A stretch of 64,000 nucleotides of DNA from NCBI RefSeq assembly GCF_006345805.1, contig NC_043011.1:5208001-5272000 (forward strand). Direction: 5' to 3'. Source of the DNA: Octopus sinensis (taxonomy: Eukaryota). The notes below the pieces were generated by a model. It was not told where the DNA came from and made no database searches. It was given only the letters and a program-made list of their open reading frames with translations. Below, piece after piece: positions 36,104 to 49,215 of this stretch. Numbering within the stretch: position 1 is the stretch's first letter; every line of letters begins with the position of its first letter. A program made the translations under genes and the position numbers.

Positions 36104-38146
36104 CTGAAACCAGAAACTGGAATGAATGTTGCAAGACATTCTGCAAATTCATCAACTTAATGTTCTATTTATCATCATCATCATTTAACATCCATGTTCT
36201 GTGCTAGCATGGGTTGGATAGTTTGATAGGATCTGAGGGTCTAAGGACCGCATCATGCTCCAGTGTCTGCTTTGGCAGGGTTTCTAAAGCTGGATGCCCT
36301 TCCTAATGCCAACCACTTTACAGAGTGCAGGGGGGGGGCGTTTTTGTGCTGCCAGCACAAGTGAAGTCCCCATACAGCTCATGAGACTACAAAAGTCATG
36401 GAGGATGGGGTGGAGAACAGAAAGGCGATGAGGAGGGTATAGAGTATAGAGGAGCTATTTGGTTACTCACCTTTAGGAGAAAGAGCATGAATATCAGTCT
36501 CCTGAGAGTAGATGAATAGGGGACAGTTGGACTAGGGTGGTGCAATTTGAAGGAGTATATAGGGGAAATAGGAGATGGGAAAGAGGTAGGCCTTAACGAT
36601 TTATCATTAATAAAAAGACTTAACTGGAGATTTAAGGTCTGTTAAGACCCGGCAGTGGTTGGTGAAAAAGCTCTTTGCTTTGCCTTTCAAAATTTCTCTC
36701 AGAAACTTTTAAATTTACATGCATTACTAAGTCAGTGAACAAGATGTAATAATAGAAATAAGAAATGAGAATTCATGGACAACTTCTAAGATATGATTTT
36801 CTAATATCCTTTATGGTTCAGGACTTGGTGCTGCTTTTGAGCATATTTTTCTTTTGACATTCTGGGACTAAAGTGTTGTGTTCATCAAATTTATCAGCTC
36901 AGTGTAAAAACTTTAATGTTTATTTCCAGTATTCTTGGACTCTGTCTAGCAAACCTATAAATGTATTATGTAGAATAACAGAAATTAAATAACAGAAAAA
37001 TTAATAAATAAAAGCTAGTGCAGACATATAACCTTGCTTCACTTCATCTTTTACTTCAGAAGAAGGCAGAGTTGAACTCTCGATATTTATGTAAGGGTTA
37101 TAAGGCAATGAGCTGGCAGAACTGTTAGTAAAATGCTCAGTGGCTTTTCGTTTGTCTTTACATTCTGAGTTCAAATTCCACTGAGGTTAATTTTGCTTTT
37201 CATCCTTTCAGGGTCAATAAAATAAGTACCTTTTGAGTACCGGGGGTCAATGTAATCGATTAACCCTTTATTCCCAAAATTGCTGGCCTTGTGCCAAAAT
37301 TTGAAATCAATATTTCTGCAAGGGTTTATGAAGAAGTTTTAGTAAAACAAAACCACCATGTCTTGCACAGAAACAAGTTCATCACCTTTAATTGTTGCTT
37401 AGACCCATGCTATCCCCACCAATTCAAACCAATGATTAAAGATGATCCAACCATGACCATCCTGTCTTTTTACAACTATAAGACAACCTTATCCAATGTA
37501 TCCTCTCTCTGTAAGACAATACAGTGTAATTTGAAGAGAGAATTAACCATTATTCTTGTAGTTTAAGCAACTGTTATGAGTTTCCTTCATAGGTTTGTCC
37601 TTTGATAGCTTCTAGACTGCATATAGAATTTCTTCAGTACTAGGAATGGAATCCAAGTGAATTTAAGGAGAAATGGTAGGAAAACAGAACAGGGTTATGA
37701 GGGAACTGGATTGTTTTTCGTTAAATAATGTTTTACCCATGTACTGAACTTTTTATGAGTGATAGGTTAACCATATGTGTGTGTGTGTGTGTAATGAAAA
37801 GAAAAATATTGTCATTAAATTTTTTAAGGTGGACATTTATATAATGTACAAAGTAAAGTATTTCACAAACAACAACAGAATTGCATTTTTACAATGAGAG
37901 AATTGCTTGTCATATCAGAAAAGAATGAATCACAAAGAGGGAGAGAGAGAGAGAGAGAGAGAGAATCACAGAGAGAGACCATCAGCATGAGAAACAATAT
38001 TTAAGCTAATGTTAACATATTGAAAGCATGGAACATTAAAAAAAGCTAACCAGATACAATCATGTAGGGAGGAAATAACTATTCAGTGAGGAAATAATTA
38101 TGCCATGACTAATATTTTAATTCTCTTGCTAAGTGCATGAGACAAG

Positions 38147-38370
38147 TCACCATTTATAACCATCTATAACTAAAGATTGGTAAAATTTTGTCTGATTAAA
38201 TTTTACTGTTTTGGTCTTATGACCATCCTCAACAAAAATGATTTTGCTCGACCTTATATATGCACATGACATTTCAGTGAGGAGTTACATATATTTATGT
38301 GGTGGAGATAGGGAAGTTTAATCAGACAAAATTTTAACAATCTTTAGTTATAGATGGTTATAAATGGTGA
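38147..38370. mobile_element. MITE-like element with ~54-bp TIRs
   Basis: tcaccatttataaccatctataactaaagattggtaaaattttgtctgattaaa at the left and its near-perfect reverse complement at the right. Confidence 0.75.
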
Positions 38371-38977
38371 GTATAGTAAGATTTTAAGTCATAGGTAATT
38401 AGCTGTACCTGATAGTCAGGTGTGAGCAGATGGTGGATGGCATGAGCTGATTGGCATAAGGAACTTCTCCTTGCCCAAGGGAGAAATCCTATACTCTTTT
38501 ACTTGTTTCAGTCATTTGACTGCGGCCATGCTGGAGCACCGACTTTAGTCGAGCAAATCGACCCCGGGACTTATACTTTGTAAGCCCAGTACTTATTCTA
38601 TCGGTCTCTTTTGCCGAACCGCTAAGTGACGGGGACATAAACACACCAGCATCGGTTGTCAAGCAATACTAGAGGGACAAACACAGACACACAAACATAT
38701 ACATACACATATATATATATATACATATATACGACAGGCTTCTTTCAGTTTCCGTCTACCAAATCCACTCACAAAGCTTTGGTCGGCCCGGGGCTATAGT
38801 AGAAGACACTTGCCCAAGGTGCCACGCAGTGGGACTGAACCCAGAACCATGTGACTGGTTAGCAAGCTACCTACCACACAGCCAGTCCTGCACCTATGTT
38901 GATTTTTTTGTAAAAATTGCAAAACCTAGTGGATTTGGTAGGAAGGAAACTTAAAACACGTGTGTGTGTGTGTGTGT

Positions 38978-39068
<91 letters not shown>

Positions 39069-40185
39069 ATGTATCTTTGTCTTAATATCATGTGTATGTG
39101 TGCTGGAAAGGTTTAAGAAATTGATACCAGTTTAAAAGAATCTCTATCACCCAATTTTTATTGTAGAATGTGTCAGAATTGAGAAAATGGTGTCCATAGC
39201 TTGATATTACGTGATGGTTGTAAATGAGCACTGCCTTCATACAAACAGTAGTCTGGCCATAGAGAAATATTACTTTGCCTGGAAACAGATTAGGGTTGGT
39301 AACAAGAAGGGCATCTAGTCATAGAAAAATCTGCCTCAACAAATTCCATCTGACCCATGGAAAAGTGTGCATTAAATGATGGCGATCCAAGTGCTTTTAT
39401 TCTCTTCCATTACTTTTATGTACATGAAGGACACTTTGTGTACACTTTATCTACCTATACATAAATCATATGTATTAAATACTGATTAACTAAAATGCTT
39501 CATGAAATATCTGAAATGGGACCTACATTTCACATCTTTCTTAGGCCTTTTACCAGCTTTTCACTGGTCTGCAAATAGTCAACAATTACCTAAAGCTAAA
39601 CATAATAGCATGTGTATATCTAAGTCTCAAAATAGCTATACAAAATCCTTGCATTGCATAAGAGTTAACTAAAAGAGGTAGCAAAGGGAAGATCATCCTT
39701 TGAAAATATTCCTTTCTAATATAGATCGGCACAAGACTTGGAATTTTTGGGAGAACGGGCTTATTAATTATATCAACTTCAGTGCTTGACTAGTACTTTA
39801 TTGTTCTGGAGCCCATAAGACTTACTATTACTCTGACAGGCATAAATGGCCTTAAACATTTATTGTTATTGTTCCTAAAAGTTCCAATGGAAGAAAATTG
39901 TTAAAATGGAAGCTTAAGCGATCAACATGAATGAGTTCTGAAACACGTGACAAAACCAGGTTAACAAAAATACCAAAAGGTTGCAATGAGAACTGAGAAA
40001 TTCTGTTATTGTTTCTGGTTTCCCTTCAGCAGACAGAAAAAGGCACAGCAGACTAGACAAAAGTTATCTATTTTTAGCATTTGCTGCTTAGAGAAACAAG
40101 AGACTTTTTCATCAAAACAAAATCAGGTCATAAAATGAAGATGGCATCACAACACACTGACATGTGCAGCATATATATATATATA

Positions 40186-40227
<42 letters not shown>

Positions 40228-40269
40228 CATTTATATATATATATAAATATATATATATATCAGTAGATA

Positions 40270-40900
40270 TCTCTCCCTGTGTGGGGGTGTATGTGGGGGG
40301 AGCAGCTTTTCTTTCAAATGTATTTAGGGTGTGATAATACTGTTAAAATATACATCAACAGTGCCATATCAGCTTTCTCTGGTTGATATTTTATATCTTG
40401 CCAGATTGGCCTCAATGCCTTTTTTATCACTTCCGAAGGTTCACTTTCAATTCTTTTTTCTTTTACTGAATAAACTTTATAGACTATCTTCTTTTCTTCT
40501 ATATTCCTCCTAACTTCCTGAGGTGGTGACAATTTCACATCACCACCTTCTCTATTTAACATTTTTTTGAAATTTCTTAAATTTTCCAGGTATACCTCTT
40601 TTTTTAGGAATCTCCGTCGCCTCTGCGAAACTCTTTTTCTTCAGGTAATTGTCCATTAATTCTACCATTTGCACAAGCTCCTCCTTGGATGACAATAATT
40701 CTGATGACAACTCTGACCCGCTTAGGTCTGAATAAAACATGTTTTTTTCCTAAATATTTAGCCATCCCTCCTCAAACGTGTTTTTTTCCTAAATATTTAG
40801 CCATCCCTCCTCAAACGTGGAGAGACAGCACAAACATAAAAACTGCTGCAAAACAGCACAAATTTTTCTGATACAACAATTCACAGCAACTCAGTTTGAG
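40270..40900 (-). mobile_element. ORF1 relic of the same non-LTR family as 1-1050
   Basis: KKIVYKVYSVKEKRIESEPSEVIKKALRPIWQDIKY aligns with RTVVYKIYNLKEEKV-METKNEAVERCMTPKWNQV. A 40-bp tandem duplication lies in the 5' region near 40735-40820. Confidence 0.55.
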
Positions 40901-41421
40901 ATGTAGAAGGTTAATTTTGGAGGTCAAAAGTATTAGTATTAAATTCTTATTTGTATAACTGGAAGATACCAATTTACATTAAAAATTTTTTTTTTACAAC
41001 TGTAAAGGTCTATTTATTGTAGGTTAAATGTGTACAGGTCCAAATTTTAAGAAAACCAATTTATCAATTATTTAATGTATAATATGTGTTGTATAAACAT
41101 GTTTATAGTCAAAAATTTTAGTTACTTTATCTACCAATCTATTTACAATTATCTCTTTATTATCTTGTTACTTTAAATAATGAATAATAAACACTAATGT
41201 AAATCTTTATTGGATCTTTTATAATATTTAAAAGTTTTATAGAACCTATGTCCATAGGCGCAGGAGTGGCTGAGTGGTAAGTAACTTGTTTACCAACCAC
41301 ATGGTTCCGGGTTCAGTCCCACTGTGTGGTACCTTGGGCAAGTGTCTTCTACTATAGCCTCGGGCCGACCAAAGACTTGTGAGTGGATTTGGTAGACGGA
41401 AACTGAAAGAAGCCCGTCGTA

Positions 41422-41474
<53 letters not shown>

Positions 41475-42401
41475 ATGTATATGTGTCTGTGTTAGTCCCC
41501 CTAGCATTGCTTGACAATCGATACTGGTGTGTTTATGTCCCCGTCAGCAAAAGGGACCGATAGAATAAGTACTGGGCTTACAAAGAATAAGTCCCAGGGT
41601 CGAGTTGCTCGATTAAAGGCGGTGCTCCAGCATGGCCACAGTCAAATGACTGAAACAAGTAAAAGAGTAAAAGAGTATATGTTGAAAGCGTTTCTGATTG
41701 ACAATTTATTAATATCTTTTGACCATACAGTAAAATATACAGTGATTCCTTTGTACAGAGACAGCAGTTATTAGACTTATGTGTGTATGGTGTAGCAGAA
41801 TCTATTATTGACCAATCTAATCTAATCTATAGTTAACTTTATTTTGTTTCAATTTATGTATATGGGTAGTTAATGACGTAGTATTACTAGTTATATTAGG
41901 CTTAAAGGAATATATGTGTGCTAAAAATCTTTGCTTAAAATTTACAGAACTCCCTATGTATACCTTATTACTTAAACTATCCATTAACTATGCATTTGTA
42001 TATCATGTTGAATCTTCTACATTTACCTTCTTTATTTTTACATGAGCAATTTTTATTTTTATATTTCTGTTCAGAGGTTTACTATTCAATATTATTATGA
42101 TTATTTGTTATAGTGTTTAATGTTATCGCTGAATTTGCCGTAGTCTTATTCGTCTTGGAGTTGAATATATTTACTATTTGTGAATTATTATTACTATTAG
42201 CTTGTGGTATTGTACTACCTAAGGCATATTGTATATTTTCAGATACATGGTTATTAGAATTTTGTTAGGATTTTGTTCCATTGATATCATTGTTGTGTGT
42301 TCTGGTATTTTGAGAATCATATGGAATCTTAGTGCTACTGTTTATTTCATCATTAGTATTGTTATTGCTGTTATTACTAAAGCTATTTTTATGTATATTA
42401 A

Positions 42402-43842
42402 CCCTTTCGTTACCAAACCGCCTGAAAAAAATTTTGGTTAATGTGACCAAGCCGCCCCAAACCGCCCGAATTTACCTATTCATATTTAAATGAGAATATC
42501 AGAGTAAATCTCTTTAGTACATTCGTGAAAACATGTATTATACTTCGTAAACACTTCAAATACAGTTTTGTACAAAAATCGAAGTGTAATTTTAATTCCG
42601 TGAATTATGGCACGTAAAAAGCACCCACTACACTCACGGAGTGGTTGGCGTTAGGAAGGGCATCCAGCTGTAGAAACATTGCCAGATAAGACTGGAGCCT
42701 GGTGCAGCCTTCTGGCTTCCCAGATCCCCGGTCGAACCGTCCAACCCATGCTAGCATGGAGAACGGACGTTAAATGATGATGATGATGATGATGATGGGA
42801 GATTTTTTTCCGAAATTTGTTCCTATTGTGTTTTCAAAATTTGTAATTCTGACAAAAAATGGATACGAATTTCATTATATCAAGCAGCGAGTCAGAATTC
42901 GAAGGATTTTCTACTTGAAGACCTTCATAAATCTAACTCTATGACTGAAAAAAAAAGCATGAGGTATTTGATAATGAATCTGATGTTTCATTTTCCGAAA
43001 GTGAAAACAGTGAATCTGAGAGCTCCGACAGCGATAAAGAAAATGAATTGGCACCTGAATGGAGTGAAAATTTAAAAACTGTTTCTTTCGGTGATTTTTC
43101 TGAAGAAACTGGACCAAGCCACAGACTTTCCCAGAAGAGTAAAGCCTTAGACTATTTCTTTTTACTTTTTCGAATGAGCCTATTTGAAATCATTACGGCA
43201 GAAACGAACCGTTACGCTAAACGTAAACAAAGCGAAAGAAAGGATAGTTTGTTATTTCCCACAACCTTAAATGAAATTAAGGCCTATTTTGCCATAAATA
43301 TTATTATGGGTATCAGAAAGTTACCCAGAATAACAAATTCTATCGTAAAATTTTGTTGTATACCCAATTGAATATATTTACTATTTGTGAATTATTATTA
43401 CTATTAGCTTGTGGTATTGTACTACCTAAGGCATAAATGTATATATATATATATATATATATGCTGCACATGTCAGTGTGTTGTGATGCCATCTTCATTT
43501 TATGACCTGATTTTGTTTTGATGAAAAAGTCTCTTGTTTCTCTAAGCAGCAAATGCTAAAACCCATTTTTTATAGCGATGTTTGAACAAAATTTTAATAA
43601 TTTTATATATTGTTGAATTTACCTGTATCTACCTGCAATTAGAGTCACTTTGTGACAAAAATTATAGTATAGAATTGGTTGAGAACATTTCATTAAATTA
43701 TCTTCCAAAATTCATGTTAATATATTGATAAATAAAAAAGTTATAGTTGTTTAATGAAACCAGACTAAATTTATGATTACGTTAGAAATTAATTGAAACA
43801 CACAAGGGGTGTATTTTGGTCAGAAATATAGTAACGAAAGGG
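42402..43842 (+). mobile_element. piggyBac element, internally deleted, with partial transposase
   Basis: TTAA|CCCTTTCGTTAC ... GTAACGAAAGGG|TTAA (perfect 12-bp TIRs, TTAA TSD). ORF 43048-43330 reads LDYFFLLF..IITAETNRYA..EIKAYFAINIIMGIRKLP (PGBD-type N-terminal core). Confidence 0.92.
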
Positions 43843-46133
43843 TTAATTTTTCTTCTATTAGAACTGGCAATAATAGAGCCTATGTTTGGTGTTGTAGCGA
43901 AGGATATTTTAATTGATGATCTGTTAAATATATGGTGATATTTGTGATTACTAGGAAAACTTTATTTAACAATGTTTAAAATTTTTTTTTGCTAAACCTT
44001 TTACATTTAATGAAAATGGAGGTGTATACCAAATAATTTCTCTCTTTCCACTGTTATTAGGTAGTTTATTACATTTATATATTGATTTAAAGATTTGTGT
44101 ATTTTTTGCTAAGAGTTTATTGTTATTACTATATTTATTTCTATATCTATCATCACTTTTACTATATTTTTTGTTGTATTTTATAGAGGTTTCTCCATTT
44201 TGTATTAATTGAGTGTTATTTTTATTGCTGAGGTTATCTTTATTTCTTATTTTTTAATTCCATATGTACCATGTAGATCTTTAGTTTAGTATCCTTAACA
44301 GATTTAAGGATCTGTTTGAACCCATTAGCAGCTAAAGCCTGGTTGTAATAATTAGCGTGATTAGTCTGTTTTTTTCCTGTTTTTTTTTCCATTCTAACTC
44401 TTTTTTTTTTACCATATTTCTGTTGAATTGCAGTGCTTTTGTTTTAATTCATTTGGAAAGTAATCAAGAATTTAGTAAAATAACTTCAACATTTTCAAAC
44501 TGGTATTTGAAACAAAAATGAACATGAATTTTGTCAGAAGGTTTTGATTTGGAACACTTAAAAACAAGAAGTTTGTATCATAGAATTAGGGGTGGTCTAG
44601 AATGGCTTGGTATCAAAAGGGTTAAGAAGCTTAACTTTTCCCATGAAACAGATCATGTAGAGACAAGGTGTTCCACACCTTGTCTCTGTATGTTGTATAC
44701 ATGATCTGTTTTATGTATCTCATCATGAATACATACAGGATTATTTGGCTGCTTGCAGTATATTGTCCATACTTTCAATCTGTATTGTAAGGCGGACAAT
44801 ACTAATAATATACTCTTTTTACTTGTTTCAGTCATTTGACTGCAGCCATGCTGGAGCACCGCCTTTAGTCGAGCAAATCGACCCTGGGACTTATTCTTTG
44901 TAAGCCCAGTACTTATTCTATCAGTCTCTTTTGCCGAACTGCTAAGTGACGGAGACGTAAACACACTAGCATCGGTTGTCAAGCAATGCTAGGGGGACAA
45001 ACACAGACACACAAACATACATATATATATATACACATATATACGACAGGCTTCTTTCAGTTTCTGTCTACCAAATCCACTCACAAGGCATTGGTCGGCC
45101 CGGGGCTATAGCAGAAGACACTTGCCCAAGATGCCACGCAGTGGGACTGAACCTGGAACCATGTGGTTGGTTAGCAAGCTACTTACCACACAACCACTTC
45201 TGCGCCTATATACTCTTTACTCTTTTACTTGTTTCAGTCATTTGACTGCGGCCATGCTGGAGCACCGCCTTTAGTCAAGCAAATCGACCCCGGGACTTAT
45301 TCTTTGTAAGCCCAGTACTTATTCTATCGGTCTCTTTTTGCCGAACCGCTAAGTGACAGGGACGTAAGCACACCAGCATCGGTTGTCAAGCAATGCTAGG
45401 GGTACAAACACAGACACACAAACATACATATATATATATACACATATATACGACAGGCTTCTTTCAGTTTCCGTCTACCAAATCCACTCACAAGGCATTG
45501 GTTGGCCCGGGGCTATAGCAGAAGACACTTGCCCAAGATGCCACGCAGTGGGACTGAACCCGGAACCATGTGGTTGGTTAGCAAGCTACTTACCACACAG
45601 CCACACCTGCGCCTATATGTGAATATACTTTGCACTTCATAAAGAGAAAAAAAAATATTCATTACAACATGTTTAAAACAGCACTGAATATAATAAGGAA
45701 AACAATGTAGATGTCATTTGTGAACGAGTATGATGACTTGGCAGCATGTAACGAACTTGCACTAATTATCATACTTTCCTATGTAGTTGTAAACAGACAT
45801 AGATATTCTTTCAGCCTACTCTTGATCCAATGTGACAGCTAGGATGTAACAGCTGGGGAGAAAGAGAAGCTGCACCGGCACTTGGCTGCTATTCATTTCA
45901 ACTGCGGGGACTGGAGCAATATGAAATGAAGGGCGTCGTTTAAGTACAATTTATGCCACCTTATCCAGGAACTGAATCCACAACCTCATAGTTAGGTGCA
46001 TTATGAGTCCATCTCTTTGGTCATAAGGTCACTTGCCTTATTGTTATGGACTCAGTTACATTCATACCTCACTGTTTTAACAGAATTTACAAGATAACTG
46101 TAATACTGTGACAAGAAAACAACCATTTCTTAC

Positions 46134-46300
46134 CGGAATTTTCTTTCCATATTTGGACCAAAATGTCATTGGAGCAACGCTCATGTGTCCAGTTCTTTCA
46201 TCAAATGTTTTACAGCTACGAAATGGTGGTGAGTACAGGTGTAAGGTGACAGCTTTGTCACTATGGCTATGATTTTCCATCCGGTGAAGTCCAATAGAGT
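46134..46300 (-). CDS. CDO1: Cysteine dioxygenase type 1, internal coding exon (D|SIGLHRMENHSHSDKAVTLHLYSPPFRSCKTFDERTGHMSVAPMTFWSKYGKKIP)
   Basis: Contains H140 (GLHR) and the H155/Y157 motif LHLYSPPF. Acceptor ttattttctAG and donor GTaaga. Phase matches the previous exon (G+AC = Asp). Confidence 0.97.
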
Positions 46301-48121
46301 CTAGAAAATAAGAAGAAAACAAAAGCCTATCAATGAAGAACTATCAATTACAGAACAAGGAAGCAGAGGATAGGAAATTTGCTGAAGGTCTTGTCTATCT
46401 CTGAACTATTAGGGGTGTGGATAGCAAGTGTAGTGTTATATAGAGGTGAAATATGAGCAGGAGCAAGGGAAGATATTCAGATATAGAAGAAATAAAATGA
46501 GTGAAGTATGGTTCACATATATGGGAGAAAGTAACAACCTGAAAAAATATCATCATCATCATCGTTTAACGTCCGTTTTCCATGGTAGCATGGGTTGGAC
46601 GGTTTTGACTGAGGGCTGGCAACCAGATGGCTGCACCAGGCTCCAGTCTTGATCTGGCAGAGTTTCTACAGCTGGATGCCCTTCCTAACGCCAACCACTC
46701 CGAGAGTGTAGTGGGTGCTTTTTACGTGCCACCTGCACGGGGGCCAGTCAGGCGGTACTGGCAATGACCTCGCTCAAATCTTTTACACGTGCCACCGACA
46801 CAGGTGCCAGTGAAGCAACGTTGACAACAATCACGATTGAAATGGTGCCCTTTTACGTGCCATGGGTACGGAAGCCAGTTGGCTGCTCTGGCAACGATCA
46901 CAATGATCACGCTCGGATGGTGTTCTTGGCACATCTCTTCTCAAACATTATTCATGGGTGATTAACTATTCTATGACATTTCCACATGCAGAATTCCTCA
47001 TAAATACTAATAATATTCTATCTTTCTCTCAATTCCTAAACTACAGGCATTCTATGAAGGAAAAAAAGCAAACAAAAAAATTCTATGAATTTCTTTCAGA
47101 CTGTAATTAATTTCACCTTTAATTTTAATGAAATTAATTGATAATTAACAGGTTATATCATGCTGAAGATTTGTAAAAAGAATGAAATGGTGCTAACCAT
47201 GATTATGCAATTCCAGTGAGGTTTTCACATGTGGATGATGTTTCTATGTAACAGATGACAAGCAAGGTGAAGGTTGATCTCATTTGTGCAGTGGTGTGGG
47301 TGTATGTGCATACACATATGTGTATTTGGTTGGAGGTGATATCAAAGCAGATAAGAAAAGTGCATGAAATGATATATGTCTGTCAGTCTTTTTCTCACTA
47401 CACACACACAATATATGTATTTTTGTATGTATGTATGTATGTATGTATCTATCTATCTATCTATAAAGAAGAAAAAGAAAATGGAAATTTGGAAGTTAAT
47501 TGTTTGTTATTAACAGAAAATTAATCATCATCCCTTACAGATGTTTCAATTATATTATATAATATGATCTAATATAATATATACTCTGCTGGGGAGTTGG
47601 TGTTAGGAAGGGCATACAACCATAAAAACCCTGCCAAAACAGACACAGAAGTCTGGTGCTGTTTCTTGCCTGGCCAGCTCCTATCAAACTGTCCAACTCA
47701 TGCTGGTATGGAAGGCAGACATTAAACAATGATGACAATGATGATATAATAATGTGTATATATATATATTAGAAATATTGAATTTCTAAATGTCTCAGAC
47801 ATGAGCGGTGGTGGAGCAATAGAGTGGTTGTATACTGTCGTCCCGTATGGGACTGTTACGTTAAGCTGACAGTATACAAGGGCGGCGAGATGGCAGAAAC
47901 GTTAGCACGCCGGGCGAAATGCTTAGCAGTATTTCGTCAGGTGCTACGTTCTGAGTTCAAATTCCGCCGAGGTCGACTTTGCCTTCCATCCTTTCGGGGT
48001 CGATAAATTAAGTACCAGTTACGCACTGGGGACGATGTAATCAACTTAATCTGTTTGTCTGTCCTTGTTTGTCCTCTCTGTGTTTAGCCCCTTGTGGGCA
48101 GTAAAGAAATAAGTATACAAC

Positions 48122-48159
<38 letters not shown>

Positions 48160-49153
48160 ATAATATATAATATACAATAATAATGTGTGTGTGTGTGTGA
48201 TATAATATAATCTACCTATATCATGTGATCACGTGACCGACCAGGCCATCAGATGTTGCTACACATCGCTGGTCACAATGCACTTCGTATTGTTTTAGCC
48301 TTCAAATGACGCCACCCCGCTGGCTAAGTGAGCAGGCCAACAGAAGAAAGAGTGAGAGAAAGTTGTGGCGAAAGAGTACAGCAGGGATTGCCACCACCCC
48401 TTGCAGGAGCCTTGTGGAGCTTTAGGTGTTTTCGCTCAATAAACACTCACAACGCCCGGTCTAGGAATCGAAACCATGATCCTACAACCACGAGTCCGCT
48501 GCCCTAACCACTGAGCCATTGCACCTCCACTCTATCTGTTCATTTTGTAACTACTAACAATAATAGTGAGTGAGCCCCAGATCAAGCAGGTTCCCAATCA
48601 AATGCATTCCATTCAGAACATGATACCATCCTATCTTTCTCCCAAACTGCAATGTATCCTTCTGTTTTCCATGTGGCAGGGTGCAATCTGTGGGAAATTT
48701 ACTATTAGCTTTGATAACCAAATCTGACCTGTCCACCTTTCAGTCAGCAAATTAGAAGATCCCGAACCCGTCTAACAGCAGTGAGCACTTTTGCAGACTT
48801 ATTAAGTGATCTTTATGATGTTTGTGTCCTGTTCAATTCAGTATGTCTTCTGCTTTCACGTCGGCTGCTGTAGAGCAACAGACTTTAAATCATTGGATTT
48901 AACAGGCCAAAGTTTCACAGAGTTCATGCACCAACAAGAAAAGGTTAAACTATTATCATATCAAATTTTATAGGTTTCATTAACTTGTATATGCTTAACT
49001 TTAATTACTATTCTCCTTTTTGCAATCACACACACACACACACAACACACACACACACACACACACACAAACAAACATATTAAATCCCAAAAAATGTATT
49101 TGGACTTAATTTCTCATGAGCATACTATTTATATATATAATACATATATAAAT

Positions 49154-49215
<62 letters not shown>

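Noticed and set aside
35925-36207. 76-aa and 82-aa ORFs as independent genes
   Set aside because: They show no homology signal. The region is better explained by the short CDO1 terminal exon and its UTR.
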